DNA from: a virus
Taxonomy: Duplodnaviria; Caudoviricetes
Direction: 5' to 3' (one strand)
IMG/VR virus record: IMGVR_UViG_2843449061_000008
Coordinates: 24,102-88,101 of that record
DNA: 64,000 nucleotides
Positions within the stretch are counted from its first letter, which is position 1; each line of letters starts with the position of its first letter. The notes under the pieces are model-generated. The model searched no databases, had not been told where the DNA came from, and worked only from the letters and a program-made list of their open reading frames with translations. Shown one piece after another: positions 55,064-64,000 of this stretch. Made by a program: the position numbers and the translations under genes.

Positions 55064-55951
55064 ATGGGCTATGGCCTTCTCGCAGATCGCAACCGGTTTC
55101 CGGCTGCGACGCTGACCAGCAATGCCGATTGGTCACCCAACTCGCCGCTCGTGTCCTGCCAGTCGCTGCCCCTACTGACCGCGGCGGTGTCGACGCGGCT
55201 CGGGACCGCAGCCAATCCGGTGGTGATCGGGGCGGTATTCCCAGAGCGCTACTCCTGCACCTATGCAGGATTCTTCCGCATCAATCTGCGGCAGGCCGCC
55301 CGGTACCGGCTGGAGCTTTTCGCTTCGACCACGTTCACGGGCTTGCTGTTCGACACGCGGAACTCGACGGGCCGGGATAGGGCGGTGGTGCCATCCCTGC
55401 TTGATTGGCGCCAGCTCCGGTGGGGCGACAGCAACCTGTTCCGTGGCGATTTGCCCGCTGAGGACTACCAGCTCTACCCGACCAACCTTCACGTCACCTT
55501 TCCCCTCTGCCGGGTCGGCAGCGCCCGGTGGACCTTCTACGGGGCCGCGTACCAGCCGGACGGGACAGACGCTGACACCTACAGCCTGGGCTATGGCTGG
55601 ATCTCCGACAGCCTCCAGTTCTGGCGCAGCCTGGACGCCGAGGACGGCTACGTGTCGACCGACGAGGTGACGCGCTTCCCCGGCGGTGGGGTGTCGGTCG
55701 AGCCGGGCACCGGGTACCGCACCGTGACCGTTCCCCGGCAGGTCAACGGTCGGCAGATCCGCGACAGCCTGTTCGACTTGGCCCGGCGGGTGGACTTCCA
55801 TAAGCCGGTGGTCTGGCTCCCCAACATCGACGATCCGGCGGCCTGCTTCCGCTACGGCGGCCTCTTCCAACGGCGTGGCGACCACGCGAACCGCTGGTTT
55901 GCCTCCTCCTACACCTCCTCCACGACCTCTCTTGAGGAGATCACGACGTGA
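55064..55951 (+). CDS. Distal tail-like protein
   Basis: 295 aa, beta-rich, between the hub-like and fibre genes. Confidence 0.55.
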   Translation: MGYGLLADRNRFPAATLTSNADWSPNSPLVSCQSLPLLTAAVSTRLGTAANPVVIGAVFPERYSCTYAGFFRINLRQAARYRLELFASTTFTGLLFDTRNSTGRDRAVVPSLLDWRQLRWGDSNLFRGDLPAEDYQLYPTNLHVTFPLCRVGSARWTFYGAAYQPDGTDADTYSLGYGWISDSLQFWRSLDAEDGYVSTDEVTRFPGGGVSVEPGTGYRTVTVPRQVNGRQIRDSLFDLARRVDFHKPVVWLPNIDDPAACFRYGGLFQRRGDHANRWFASSYTSSTTSLEEITT

Positions 55952-58878
55952 CCACAGCGAGCGATCTACGCGCCATCAACGGCGACGTTTACAATCCCAG
56001 CACCAATGCCGGCGGCCTGGACGGTCCGGGCGGTATGGAGGCCAACTTTCCGAAGGCGCTGGGGCTGATCGCCCAGGGCCTGGACGACATGGCCGTCTAT
56101 CTGTCGCAGGCGAATTTCCTCGCCGCGCAGGCATCGGTGGCGACGATCCTGCAACTGTGTCAGACCCTCGTGGCGCAGATCACCATGGGCAGCACCACCG
56201 CGCTCGCCTTCCCCAGCGTGGACAAGCTTCTGCTGTCCACCGCGAACGCCGTGCAGGTCTTCGTCTACGACACTCGCTTGGACGACTTGGCGTCGGATGG
56301 CCAGCGATGGAACGAGCCGGGGCGGTGCTCGCACCTGTCCTACTGGCACGAGGCGCAGGGTGTCTACCGCGGGGTAAAGCGCGACTGCCCGGCGGTGGCC
56401 CTGATCGTCGCGCTGCGTGAGCAATGGTACATCTTCGATGGGCTGGACCTCGACCCGATTACCGGGGCGCCGCGCCTATGGGCAGCGTCAAATCCGACCG
56501 GCAATGGTCTCATCTCGTGCGGCTCCTCCGCGCCGATCACCTCCGTTTACGCCCGCAACGGCTACATTTATTTCGGAACCGGGATGGGCCTGCACATCGT
56601 CAGCCTGACCGGCGATTGGTGCGAGCGATACGACAACTCGGGCCGTCGCCGCCGGCTGGGCACCTTTGTGCAGCGCAACACGGTGCTCCAGGAGGGGGCG
56701 GTCATCGCCTCTGCCGCCCTGCCGGCAACCGGCATCAACAGCGTGCACGCTGCCGTTCTGCCCTGTGCCCCTCTGGATGCCGCGGGAATGCCGATCCCGA
56801 CCGTCGTGGCGACCACGGCGGGCGGCACAGCCGTGCTGCACCCCGGAGGGCAGGTGGTCGCCGTCACTCGCGCGCAGGGCCATAGCGGCGCGCTGCTGGA
56901 GGCTGATGGCACGCTCACCCTCGCACCCGCCGGCAACGTTGTGATTGAGGAGGGGCCGGTCCCTTACGCGACCGTCCTGAATTCCTCCTGGCGCACTCGC
57001 CTTTACGATACGACCTCCTCCCCAGCCACGTTGTCGGGAGCCGACAAGCTGCTGACTCCTGGAGCCCGAGGTTCATCATGGGGCCTGGAGTTCTTTGCTC
57101 GTGACGCAGCCAACCCATCGAACGGGATGGTCGCCTTCACGAAAATCGGGTCTGCCACGGGGTGGCTGCCGGGCGACATTCGGCTTGCCACGCTCTGCGA
57201 CGCGGCGACGGGACCGATCGCAGGGTCTGGAGAACTCGCCGTTAATGGCGGCTTTGACACTGACACCGCGTGGACCAAGAGTGCCGGTTGGTCTATCGGC
57301 GGAGGCGTTGCGACCAAGACGCCCGGCGCTTCTAGTTACTTGATTCAGCAGGCCAACCTTACCGGCGGCCTGTGCTATGCTGTTACATTCACGGTCACGG
57401 TTGCCGCCGGATCGGTGACGCCGCTTACCACCGCCCATACACAGGCAGTCGGGACCGCCGTCTCTGCTACGGGCACGTACACCCAGTACCTCTACCCTCC
57501 GTCCGGAAACAACGGGTCGGTCGAATTTTACGCGTCGGCGGATTTTGCCGGCACCGTGGACAACGTTTCGATCCGGCTCGCCGTGGCGGATCGCAGCCCC
57601 AAGGGCAAGGGCCTGATTCCATACGGGACGCTCCAGCGCAATCCGGTGGCGACCGGCTCTGATGTCGTGGCTTGGTCGGGTTTCAGCGGCGCGAACTACC
57701 TGGAGCAGCCGTACAACAGCGATCTGGACTTCGGGACGGGAGATTGGTGGATCGAGGGTTGGGTTGATATCGCCGCGACTGGCACGGTCCTGTGCCTGTG
57801 TGATCGCGGAGCGTACAACGGCTCCGCGTGGACGGGAGCCGGGTGGCGGCTAGAGAAAGATGCATCAGAAAAACTCCGGCTCGTCGTGACCGATGACGGT
57901 TACGCAACTACGGACATCGCCACAGGCGCCACGCCCATCGGCGGGATTGGCCGCGTGCTGGTTGGCGCGGGGCGCAGGGGCGGCGTCTACGAGCTGTCGG
58001 TGAACGACCGCGTTGACGGCTCGACGCCGGTCAACAACGCCAATCTCAGCCTCTCCAACCCTTCGGCCACCCTGCGCGTCGGCGGTCGGCTCAACGGCGG
58101 TAATAGCTGGGCTGGCAGCGTGTCGATGCTACGCTTCGGCGCCTACGCCCCAACCCCGGCGCAAATCCGCCGAATGTACACTGACGAGGCGCCGCTGATG
58201 CAGGCCGGTGCGAAGGCGATGCTGGGGGGCATAGGTAATAATGTCGCCTCCCTCAGCCGAGACCCACTCACGGGCCGGCTGGCGGCCGGAACCGGCGACG
58301 GCGTGAGCGTCTTCAGCGGCCTGCGCCGCGTGAGCTACCTTGATGAGGCGGTGCTTGCCGCCACCACAAGCGACACCGTGAGGTCGGTGTCCCTGCGCGG
58401 CGGGAACCTGCTGATCGGCACGGCGGCGGAGGTTGGCTTCGTAGGGGACGCCATCGGCGGCAAAGAGGCTATCGCCGTAGGCGGGCCGCGCCCGGTCGGC
58501 GCCGGCTTCATCGCCCGCGGGCTCACCACCGATGGTGCGGCGCTTGACTTGGTGCCGCGCGTGCCGGTCGGCGAGCGGGAAACGGTCATGGTCGAGGCCC
58601 GCTTTGTGGGCCGGGTCACCGGGGCCGTGGACACGGAGAGGCTGACCTACGTCCGGCGGGCAACCTACTACCGCGATGCCAGCGGCGCCATCACGCTCCA
58701 GGGTACCGTCCAGACCGGCGGGATGGACACGGAGGTCACCGGCACGGCTGACGCCACGTTGGCGATTGTCGGCGATTGGGTGTCCGCCCGCGTGACCGGT
58801 GTGTCCGGCAAGCGCATCCGCTGGGAGGCCACCATTACCGTGACCCGCATCAGTGAGGAGACCAGCTATGCAGCCTGA
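55948..58878 (+). CDS. Tail fibre / receptor-binding protein with a LamG (concanavalin A-like) domain
   Basis: GTG start overlapping the upstream stop; LDFGTGDW.IEGWV...YELSVN...LRVGG...W.GS.S.LR LamG pattern; G/T/A-rich. Confidence 0.75.
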   Translation: MTTASDLRAINGDVYNPSTNAGGLDGPGGMEANFPKALGLIAQGLDDMAVYLSQANFLAAQASVATILQLCQTLVAQITMGSTTALAFPSVDKLLLSTANAVQVFVYDTRLDDLASDGQRWNEPGRCSHLSYWHEAQGVYRGVKRDCPAVALIVALREQWYIFDGLDLDPITGAPRLWAASNPTGNGLISCGSSAPITSVYARNGYIYFGTGMGLHIVSLTGDWCERYDNSGRRRRLGTFVQRNTVLQEGAVIASAALPATGINSVHAAVLPCAPLDAAGMPIPTVVATTAGGTAVLHPGGQVVAVTRAQGHSGALLEADGTLTLAPAGNVVIEEGPVPYATVLNSSWRTRLYDTTSSPATLSGADKLLTPGARGSSWGLEFFARDAANPSNGMVAFTKIGSATGWLPGDIRLATLCDAATGPIAGSGELAVNGGFDTDTAWTKSAGWSIGGGVATKTPGASSYLIQQANLTGGLCYAVTFTVTVAAGSVTPLTTAHTQAVGTAVSATGTYTQYLYPPSGNNGSVEFYASADFAGTVDNVSIRLAVADRSPKGKGLIPYGTLQRNPVATGSDVVAWSGFSGANYLEQPYNSDLDFGTGDWWIEGWVDIAATGTVLCLCDRGAYNGSAWTGAGWRLEKDASEKLRLVVTDDGYATTDIATGATPIGGIGRVLVGAGRRGGVYELSVNDRVDGSTPVNNANLSLSNPSATLRVGGRLNGGNSWAGSVSMLRFGAYAPTPAQIRRMYTDEAPLMQAGAKAMLGGIGNNVASLSRDPLTGRLAAGTGDGVSVFSGLRRVSYLDEAVLAATTSDTVRSVSLRGGNLLIGTAAEVGFVGDAIGGKEAIAVGGPRPVGAGFIARGLTTDGAALDLVPRVPVGERETVMVEARFVGRVTGAVDTERLTYVRRATYYRDASGAITLQGTVQTGGMDTEVTGTADATLAIVGDWVSARVTGVSGKRIRWEATITVTRISEETSYAA

Positions 58879-59557
58879 CCAGATGCCCGACAGCTATAAG
58901 GGCGGGCGCCTCCTGTACCGGTGGCGTTGGGTGCAGCTTCATCCGGAGGTGCTGGACCCGCTGACCGGTGACGAGCTGGAACCAGCCGTCTTCGGCCCGC
59001 GCTGCCCGGACGAGCCGCTGGACGTCTTCACCGCCACGCCGGAGGAGATCGAGGCGGTGCTGCTGGCAAATGCCGAGGTTCGGGCGCTCGTGGCCGCTGC
59101 CCTGCCGCCGGCCCGTCCGATCATCGTCCGGGACTTCGACGCGGAGGGCAACTTGGTCGGGGAGCGCGAGGTGATCCCGGAGCCGCCCGCCGTGCCCGTG
59201 GTGCCGCTGGCCGAACTCAAGGCCGTCGCGGTGGACCTAATCAACGCCCGCGTCGGCGAGCTGCGCGCGCAGCACATCACCGTGACGGTGGGGCAGAGCG
59301 CGACATACCTCGAAAAGCAGGACGAGGCGGCGCGGCATGCGGCGGGGGAAGGAGGCCCATTCCCCTACTTGTCCGCCGAAGCCGACGCCACCGGTCTCAC
59401 CCTGGACGCCGTGGCTACCCTGGTTCGTACCACCTCTGGCGCGTGGACCACGATCAACGCCGACCTGGAGGGCAAGCGCCGCGCCGCGGTGGAGGCCGTC
59501 AAAGCCGCCGAATCGCCCGTCCAGGTCTTCCAAGCCTGCACCCACCTCCGGGCCTGA
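58868..59557 (+). CDS. Tail fibre assembly / chaperone-like protein
   Basis: LAELKA.A.D.IN...GELRAQHIT...GQ.ATY..K..EA...P.L.AEA.A.G.T pattern, directly after the fibre gene. Confidence 0.65.
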   Translation: MQPDQMPDSYKGGRLLYRWRWVQLHPEVLDPLTGDELEPAVFGPRCPDEPLDVFTATPEEIEAVLLANAEVRALVAAALPPARPIIVRDFDAEGNLVGEREVIPEPPAVPVVPLAELKAVAVDLINARVGELRAQHITVTVGQSATYLEKQDEAARHAAGEGGPFPYLSAEADATGLTLDAVATLVRTTSGAWTTINADLEGKRRAAVEAVKAAESPVQVFQACTHLRA

Positions 59558-59634
59558 CCGCCCGCGACAAGACTCCAATCCACCCCGTCCGCCACGGCCG
59601 CCGCGAGCGGCCTTTTTCACGCCTGGAGTTCACC

Positions 59635-59982
59635 ATGCCCTTAGAGAATGTCCCGCCCCCGTGGCGTGAAACCGTCATCGGTGCCGCGCTCGCCATCGCG
59701 CTCGCGATCATCGGCCGGCTTATGTTCCACGCCCGGCAGGTCCAGGCCGGGCGCCGCCGCTTCTTCTCGCCGCACTTGGTGTGGGAGTTGCCCGTCGCCA
59801 TCGCTACCGGTCTGATCGGCAAGGGCGTCGCCGCCTACTACGGCATGGGCGACTGGCAGGAGACAGCCACCATCGTCACCGTCGCCTATCTGGGGCCGGG
59901 CTTCGTGGAGGCGGTCATCTGGCGGGTGGTGGACCGCCTGTTGCCGGCTAAGGGCGCAGCCAATGACCGCCCCGCATCCTGA
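59635..59982 (+). CDS. Holin (LydA-like)
   Basis: Three hydrophobic segments; GRL..HARQVQ.GRRRFF...WELP; AYLGP; GGAG RBS. Confidence 0.7.
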   Translation: MPLENVPPPWRETVIGAALAIALAIIGRLMFHARQVQAGRRRFFSPHLVWELPVAIATGLIGKGVAAYYGMGDWQETATIVTVAYLGPGFVEAVIWRVVDRLLPAKGAANDRPAS

Positions 59983-60145
59983 CCCCACACCGCTCGACGC
60001 CCAGCAGGTTGCCGACAAGGCCCTGGCCGATTGCGGCGGGAACGAAGCCGCCGCCCGCCTGCTGCTGGCGCACCAGCTCATCGTCGCGCGCCAGGGGATG
60101 AGCACAGGCCACCTGCGGCTGGGTGCGAACGCTGCGACCCGCTGA
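59963..60145 (+). CDS. Small hypothetical protein (60 aa)
   Basis: Overlaps the holin end; ALADCGGNEAAARLLL pattern. Confidence 0.45.
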   Translation: MTAPHPDPTPLDAQQVADKALADCGGNEAAARLLLAHQLIVARQGMSTGHLRLGANAATR

Positions 60146-60294
60146 ACCTCTCACCTGTCGAACCTCGGCGCGCCGGCAAAAAGAATGGCGGCCACAGAGA
60201 GCCGCCAAGGTTCAGCTAATTCTGCCGTGGAAAGCAGATGGCGCGACCCTAAACGCCGCCGCTCTTTAAAACAATTCCAATGAGGAAGTAACTC

Positions 60295-61137
60295 ATGACC
60301 ACCACGCCCTCCGGCGCGGCTGAAGCCGTGCGCCTGCCCACCATCGTCGGCGCCGCGCGCCCGCTCGGCCCGAACGACATCGCTACCGCTGCTGCCGCCC
60401 TCAGTGTCGAGGAGGCGGCCTATCGCGCCGTCCTGATCGTGGAGACCGGCGGCCGCAGCGCCTACCGGCCCGACGGCCGCATGCCGATCCTGTTCGAGGC
60501 CCATATCGCCTTCCGCCTCAACGGCGGTGTGACGGTGCCTGGTCTGGCGGAACAGCGCTGGGACCGCGGGCTCTACTCCAGCACGGCGGCCGGCGAATAT
60601 GACCGGCTCCACCGGGCCTGCCAGCACCGGGCCATCGGGCCGGAAGTCGCGCTGAAGGCGGCGTCATGGGGAATGCCGCAGATCCTGGGCAGCAACCACG
60701 CTCTCTGCGGCTTCGCCGATGTCGAGAGCTTCGTCTGGGCTATGGCGGACAGCGCCGTCGCCCAGCTTGCCGCCTTCAACGCCTTCGTCACGGCGCGCGG
60801 GCTGCTGCCGGCCCTGCGGGGCAAGCGCTGGAGCGACTTCGCCCGCGGGTACAACGGGACGGCCTTTGCTGCGAACGCCTACGACGAGAAGCTCGCCGCC
60901 GCCTATCTGCGGGCTCGCGGCGCCGCGGGCGACGGCGTGCTGGGGATCGGGGACGTAGGGCCGGACGTGGCCGCCCTGCAGCGGGCACTCCAGCGCTGCG
61001 GCTTCCCGTCCATCGTCGAGGATGGCGACTTCGGACGGCGGACGGCCAACGCGGTCGAGCAAGTCCAGGCCGTGCACCGGCTGCCGGTCACCGGGCGGGT
61101 GGATATGCGGACGGCGATCGCGCTGGGGCTGGTGTGA
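60295..61137 (+). CDS. Endolysin: N-acetylmuramidase (DUF3380-like) plus C-terminal peptidoglycan-binding domain
   Basis: ILFEAH.A, ASWGMPQILGSNH..CGF and W..FARGYNG; L..GD.GPDV..LQ..L...DGDFG..T..AV...Q. Confidence 0.92.
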   Translation: MTTTPSGAAEAVRLPTIVGAARPLGPNDIATAAAALSVEEAAYRAVLIVETGGRSAYRPDGRMPILFEAHIAFRLNGGVTVPGLAEQRWDRGLYSSTAAGEYDRLHRACQHRAIGPEVALKAASWGMPQILGSNHALCGFADVESFVWAMADSAVAQLAAFNAFVTARGLLPALRGKRWSDFARGYNGTAFAANAYDEKLAAAYLRARGAAGDGVLGIGDVGPDVAALQRALQRCGFPSIVEDGDFGRRTANAVEQVQAVHRLPVTGRVDMRTAIALGLV

Positions 61138-61167
61138 GGGGCAGTATCGAACATTCGAACATTTTTC

Positions 61168-61291
61168 TGTGGATAAGTCCGTAGATAAGCCTGTGGGCAA
61201 AATCGGAGGCGACAGCCAAAATCGTCATACAAAACATTCTATTTGGTATAACCAGAAAGCAGTTATCCACGAAAAATAAGGGTTATCCACA
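61168..61291. promoter_or_regulatory. DnaA-box cluster in an AT-rich intergenic region
   Basis: TGTGGATAA 61168 (perfect), CGTAGATAA 61180, TGTGGGCAA 61192, TTATCCACG 61263 and TTATCCACA 61283 (perfect). Confidence 0.65.
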
Positions 61292-61559
61292 ATCTTTCCG
61301 TCATAATTTTGGCCGAGCGTAGGTGATTATTGGAAAACAACCACCACTTTCGCGCAGCGTCGCAAGGGTGTATGGTTGGCACCATTAAGCACATTCGGCG
61401 CAACGCGCCCCCTGGCGATTGGCTGGTTCGTCGCTGGGTAGATTGGCTCTCGTAGAGCAACGGCGGGGCGTTCTTGCCGGAACACCCCGCCGCTTTAAGC
61501 CGAACCGACCTTGCGCGAGGCCGGTCAAACCATGAACCTGCATGAACGGAGCAGCACTC

Positions 61560-62180
61560 ATGAATGCCGCTGATCTTACCACAGTTCCTTTCCATGGCGC
61601 CACATTGGTGGCGGTCCGCGGAGATACCGACGCGACTACTTTGGTTGCGATGAAGCCTGTATCGGAGGGGATGAGGCTGTCTTGGCAGCCCCAGCACCGG
61701 AAGTTGCTTGGGCACCCGGTCCTCTCGGGCTGCATCATCAATTTGATGATGCAGATGCCGGGTGACGATCAAGCCCGTGAGTGGGTGTTCTTGCCCCTCA
61801 ACCGTCTGAATTTCTGGCTTGCAACGATCCACCCGAACAAGGTTCCTGATGAAGGGGCTCGGGCAAAGATCATCGAATACCAAACGGAGTGTGCCGACGC
61901 TCTCTACCAGCACTTCTTTGCGAAGTCTGCACAGGCGAAGCGCAGTCGCGCGGAGGAGGAGGCTCGTCAGCGTATTATCGCTCAGACGCGCTCAGTAAAT
62001 GCTGTCGCAGGTCTCTTGGCGGAGGTGCGCCGATGCATGGGTGCCCGTATTGCTGCTGAAGCTGCTCCCGCCCTTCTTCAAAAAGTCGGGGTCACGCTTT
62101 CCGGTCAGATCGTGCCAGATCCAATGTTGCAGCCCGACTTTTTTGAGACTTCAGGCTCACCGAACACGCGCCCGAACTGA
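61560..62180 (+). CDS. Phage antirepressor (P22 Ant N-terminal domain)
   Basis: VPFHGATL...VAMKPVSEGM.LSW..Q..KL...LPL.RLN.WL.TI.PNKV...II.YQ.EC.DAL..HF; GGAG RBS. Confidence 0.85.
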   Translation: MNAADLTTVPFHGATLVAVRGDTDATTLVAMKPVSEGMRLSWQPQHRKLLGHPVLSGCIINLMMQMPGDDQAREWVFLPLNRLNFWLATIHPNKVPDEGARAKIIEYQTECADALYQHFFAKSAQAKRSRAEEEARQRIIAQTRSVNAVAGLLAEVRRCMGARIAAEAAPALLQKVGVTLSGQIVPDPMLQPDFFETSGSPNTRPN

Positions 62181-62197
62181 CCGACTTCGAAGTTGAT

Positions 62198-62224
62198 AAG
62201 GCCGCCCTCTCACCGGGCGGCCTT
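62198..62224. terminator. Bidirectional terminator
   Basis: AAGGCCGCCC / GGGCGGCCTT 10-bp stem between convergent genes. Confidence 0.7.
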
Positions 62225-62337
62225 CATTATTCTGTTACCAGACCAAGTGACCAGCCGGTCATGTCAATTATCCAGACCATTCCGTAGGGCTTGATTGGGA
62301 GGCGCGGGCGTTCCAGCAACCAATACAAGATTCGTCC

Positions 62338-62910
62338 TCAATCTTTGTCGTCCACCCCGAACCGGATGACCCGCATTGATTTTCTGATCAATGGAGGAGC
62401 GCCTCGGTGAATATTGTCTAAACCTCTAACAATGATGTACATACCTCCGAGAATGGCCAATGCTCGAGTTGAGCTGATCGATTCAGCGGAAACAGTGGTC
62501 GGGGTTGCAATCGTTATGCTAAATGCTCCAAAATAAATCTCCATGACCCCGTAGAACATAGGGAAGCGTGCTCTTACGCCATATAAAAAAAACCCAATTA
62601 GAACCGCGGCAAATACGAAATATTTCTGAGAAACTGTAAATGAAAAAAACACATCATGAAGGTTATTTAAAATCCACAATGATATCAAGCGTATTGAAAT
62701 TATGGACATAACAATAGTGATCATCATAGCCACAACAATCACTCGGTCGCGAGCTGCATCCATATAATGCGGAGAATTATTGGTGGATGTTTTCATATTA
62801 TTACCGTTGTTTGTTGTTGCTGCTGACGTTGAATTATTTAATGTGGACGCGGGGTAGCCTGATAATCGCATAGGCGATAGATTGACCTCCAACTTCATCT
62901 CACCTAACAA
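62338..62910 (-). CDS. Low-GC membrane protein (moron); start uncertain
   Basis: Several long hydrophobic segments; AT-rich. Confidence 0.6.
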   Translation of the reverse strand: MLGEMKLEVNLSPMRLSGYPASTLNNSTSAATTNNGNNMKTSTNNSPHYMDAARDRVIVVAMMITIVMSIISIRLISLWILNNLHDVFFSFTVSQKYFVFAAVLIGFFLYGVRARFPMFYGVMEIYFGAFSITIATPTTVSAESISSTRALAILGGMYIIVRGLDNIHRGAPPLIRKSMRVIRFGVDDKD

Positions 62911-62916
62911 GCCCTA

Positions 62917-63306
62917 TTAAAACTTAACGCCGGTAAGCTCCTCGACCTGCTTCTTGATGAATCCCTTTGCCAGATCCTTCAACAGATCAATAGTGAACCC
63001 ACCGGCACCGGCCGCCGCCTTCTTGGTCTTCGTCCAAGTTTCAGGGTCGCGAATAGAGTCGATAAAATCGTGCCCTGATGGCGTAAGGCAAATAAAACCA
63101 ATTCCTGTCATGCTTTTGATTCCGCCGTCATCGATGAGACCGGCTTTTAGAATTTGCACAAGATGATATTCAATTTGATTCGCGTCGTAGCCAGGAATGG
63201 CAAGCTCTTCGTCTTCGCCTGAAATAACAAAAATATCGCCGGTTCGCATTGGGAGAGCTTCGAGCTTCAGAAGCAGCTCTCGGATGAGGTCCATGTCTCT
63301 CTTCAT
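62917..63306 (-). CDS. DUF2513-family protein (moron)
   Basis: MKRDMDLIRELLL.LE...YHL..I..AGLI...LT..GHDFIDSIRD...W.KTK. Confidence 0.85.
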   Translation of the reverse strand: MKRDMDLIRELLLKLEALPMRTGDIFVISGEDEELAIPGYDANQIEYHLVQILKAGLIDDGGIKSMTGIGFICLTPSGHDFIDSIRDPETWTKTKKAAAGAGGFTIDLLKDLAKGFIKKQVEELTGVKF

Positions 63307-63466
63307 GCGTTTCGTCCTTCAATCGGAAGATGTCTATTAGGGATTTCAATGAACAAAATGGATGTTATCTGAGCGTACTGCGCTCATCAAGTGGCATAAA
63401 ATTGTTCCAACACGCCGCCCGGCCTCGCCGAGGCGGCTTTTTCATGCCCGAAGGAGGGGCATTCCC

Positions 63467-64000
63467 ATGCTGCCACTGCTCATCCCCATCATCTCCGCCC
63501 TGGCTCCGGTGCTACTGCCGGAGGTCGCCAAGGCCGCTCTCGGCTCCGGCGAGACCGCCCAGAAGGTCGGCGAGGCCGCGGTGTCCGTCGTCTCCGCTGT
63601 GACCGGTTTGCCGATCAGCACCCCGGCGGATGCCGAGCGCGCTGTAGCCGCGGTGCAGGCCGATCCCGCCAAGCTGGCCGAGCTGTACCGCCAGCAGGGC
63701 GATCAGGTCGTGGCGCTGCTCCGGCTGGACAACGAGGACCGGGCCGACGCCCGTGCGCAGACCGTCCAGCTTGCCCAGGCCGGCAGCCGCATCTCCTGGG
63801 GGGCGCCCATCGTCTCGACCATCGTCCTGGTGACGTTTGGAGTCGTGCTGTACCGGGTGCTGAGCCAGCCGGCCGGCGCAATCGACCAAAACGCCACGCT
63901 GATGCTCGGCGCCCTCACGACCATGGCGTCGGCGGTGGTGTCCTACTGGGTCGGCTCCAGTGCCGGCAGCGCGGCGAAGGACAAGCTGCTTCGCAAGTGA
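63467..64000 (+). CDS. Second holin-like membrane protein (3TM/GTA holin-like)
   Basis: GGAGGGG RBS; DRADAR...W..P.V...V.V.F...LGAL......VV.YW.GSS.GS..KD. Confidence 0.65.
   Translation: MLPLLIPIISALAPVLLPEVAKAALGSGETAQKVGEAAVSVVSAVTGLPISTPADAERAVAAVQADPAKLAELYRQQGDQVVALLRLDNEDRADARAQTVQLAQAGSRISWGAPIVSTIVLVTFGVVLYRVLSQPAGAIDQNATLMLGALTTMASAVVSYWVGSSAGSAAKDKLLRK

Larger units (their letters stand above)
1..64000 (+). mobile_element. Temperate siphophage / prophage (helper), incomplete at both window edges and interrupted by a nested element at 16208-33723
   Basis: Co-oriented replication, terminase, portal, protease, capsid, tail tube, tape measure, tail fibre, holin and endolysin genes in lambdoid order. 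No host housekeeping genes were recognised. The helper integrase is not in the window. Confidence 0.93.

Noticed and set aside
61149-61547. Alphaproteobacterial LexA boxes (GAAC-N7-GAAC)
   Set aside because: GAAC pairs at 61149/61157 and 61534/61544 have N4 and N6 spacing, not N7.
1-64000. tRNA/rRNA genes, reverse transcriptase (retron or DGR) and IS transposases
   Set aside because: None was recognised by eye. tRNAscan-SE, cmscan and HMM searches would be needed to exclude them formally.

Overview
The window is the central and late part of a high-GC temperate siphophage (prophage). An alphaproteobacterial host is inferred from the gene families and is not verified. In order it holds replication genes (1-4.2 kb), a leftward accessory cluster (4.2-9.2 kb), a beta-clamp fusion gene, a DnaA box plus 22-bp iteron array, a lambda-type cos/terS/terL module, and then head, tail and lysis genes. 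The main result is a second, roughly 17.5-kb integrase-encoding element (16208-33723) inserted inside the 3' end of the prophage terL gene. It is bounded by a duplicated 7-bp core, TCGACTG (16208-16214 and 33717-33723). Removing it in silico rejoins 14410-16214 to 33724-33922 in frame and gives an intact 667-aa TerL. The inserted element has its own rep gene and iterons, cosQ-like site, TerS, TerL, portal, protease-capsid fusion, gpW-like and DUF2190 genes, but no tail genes. It also carries three HEPN-like cargo genes. It therefore looks like a capsid-forming phage satellite that interrupts its helper's packaging motor. All family assignments come from motif recognition by eye, with no database searches.
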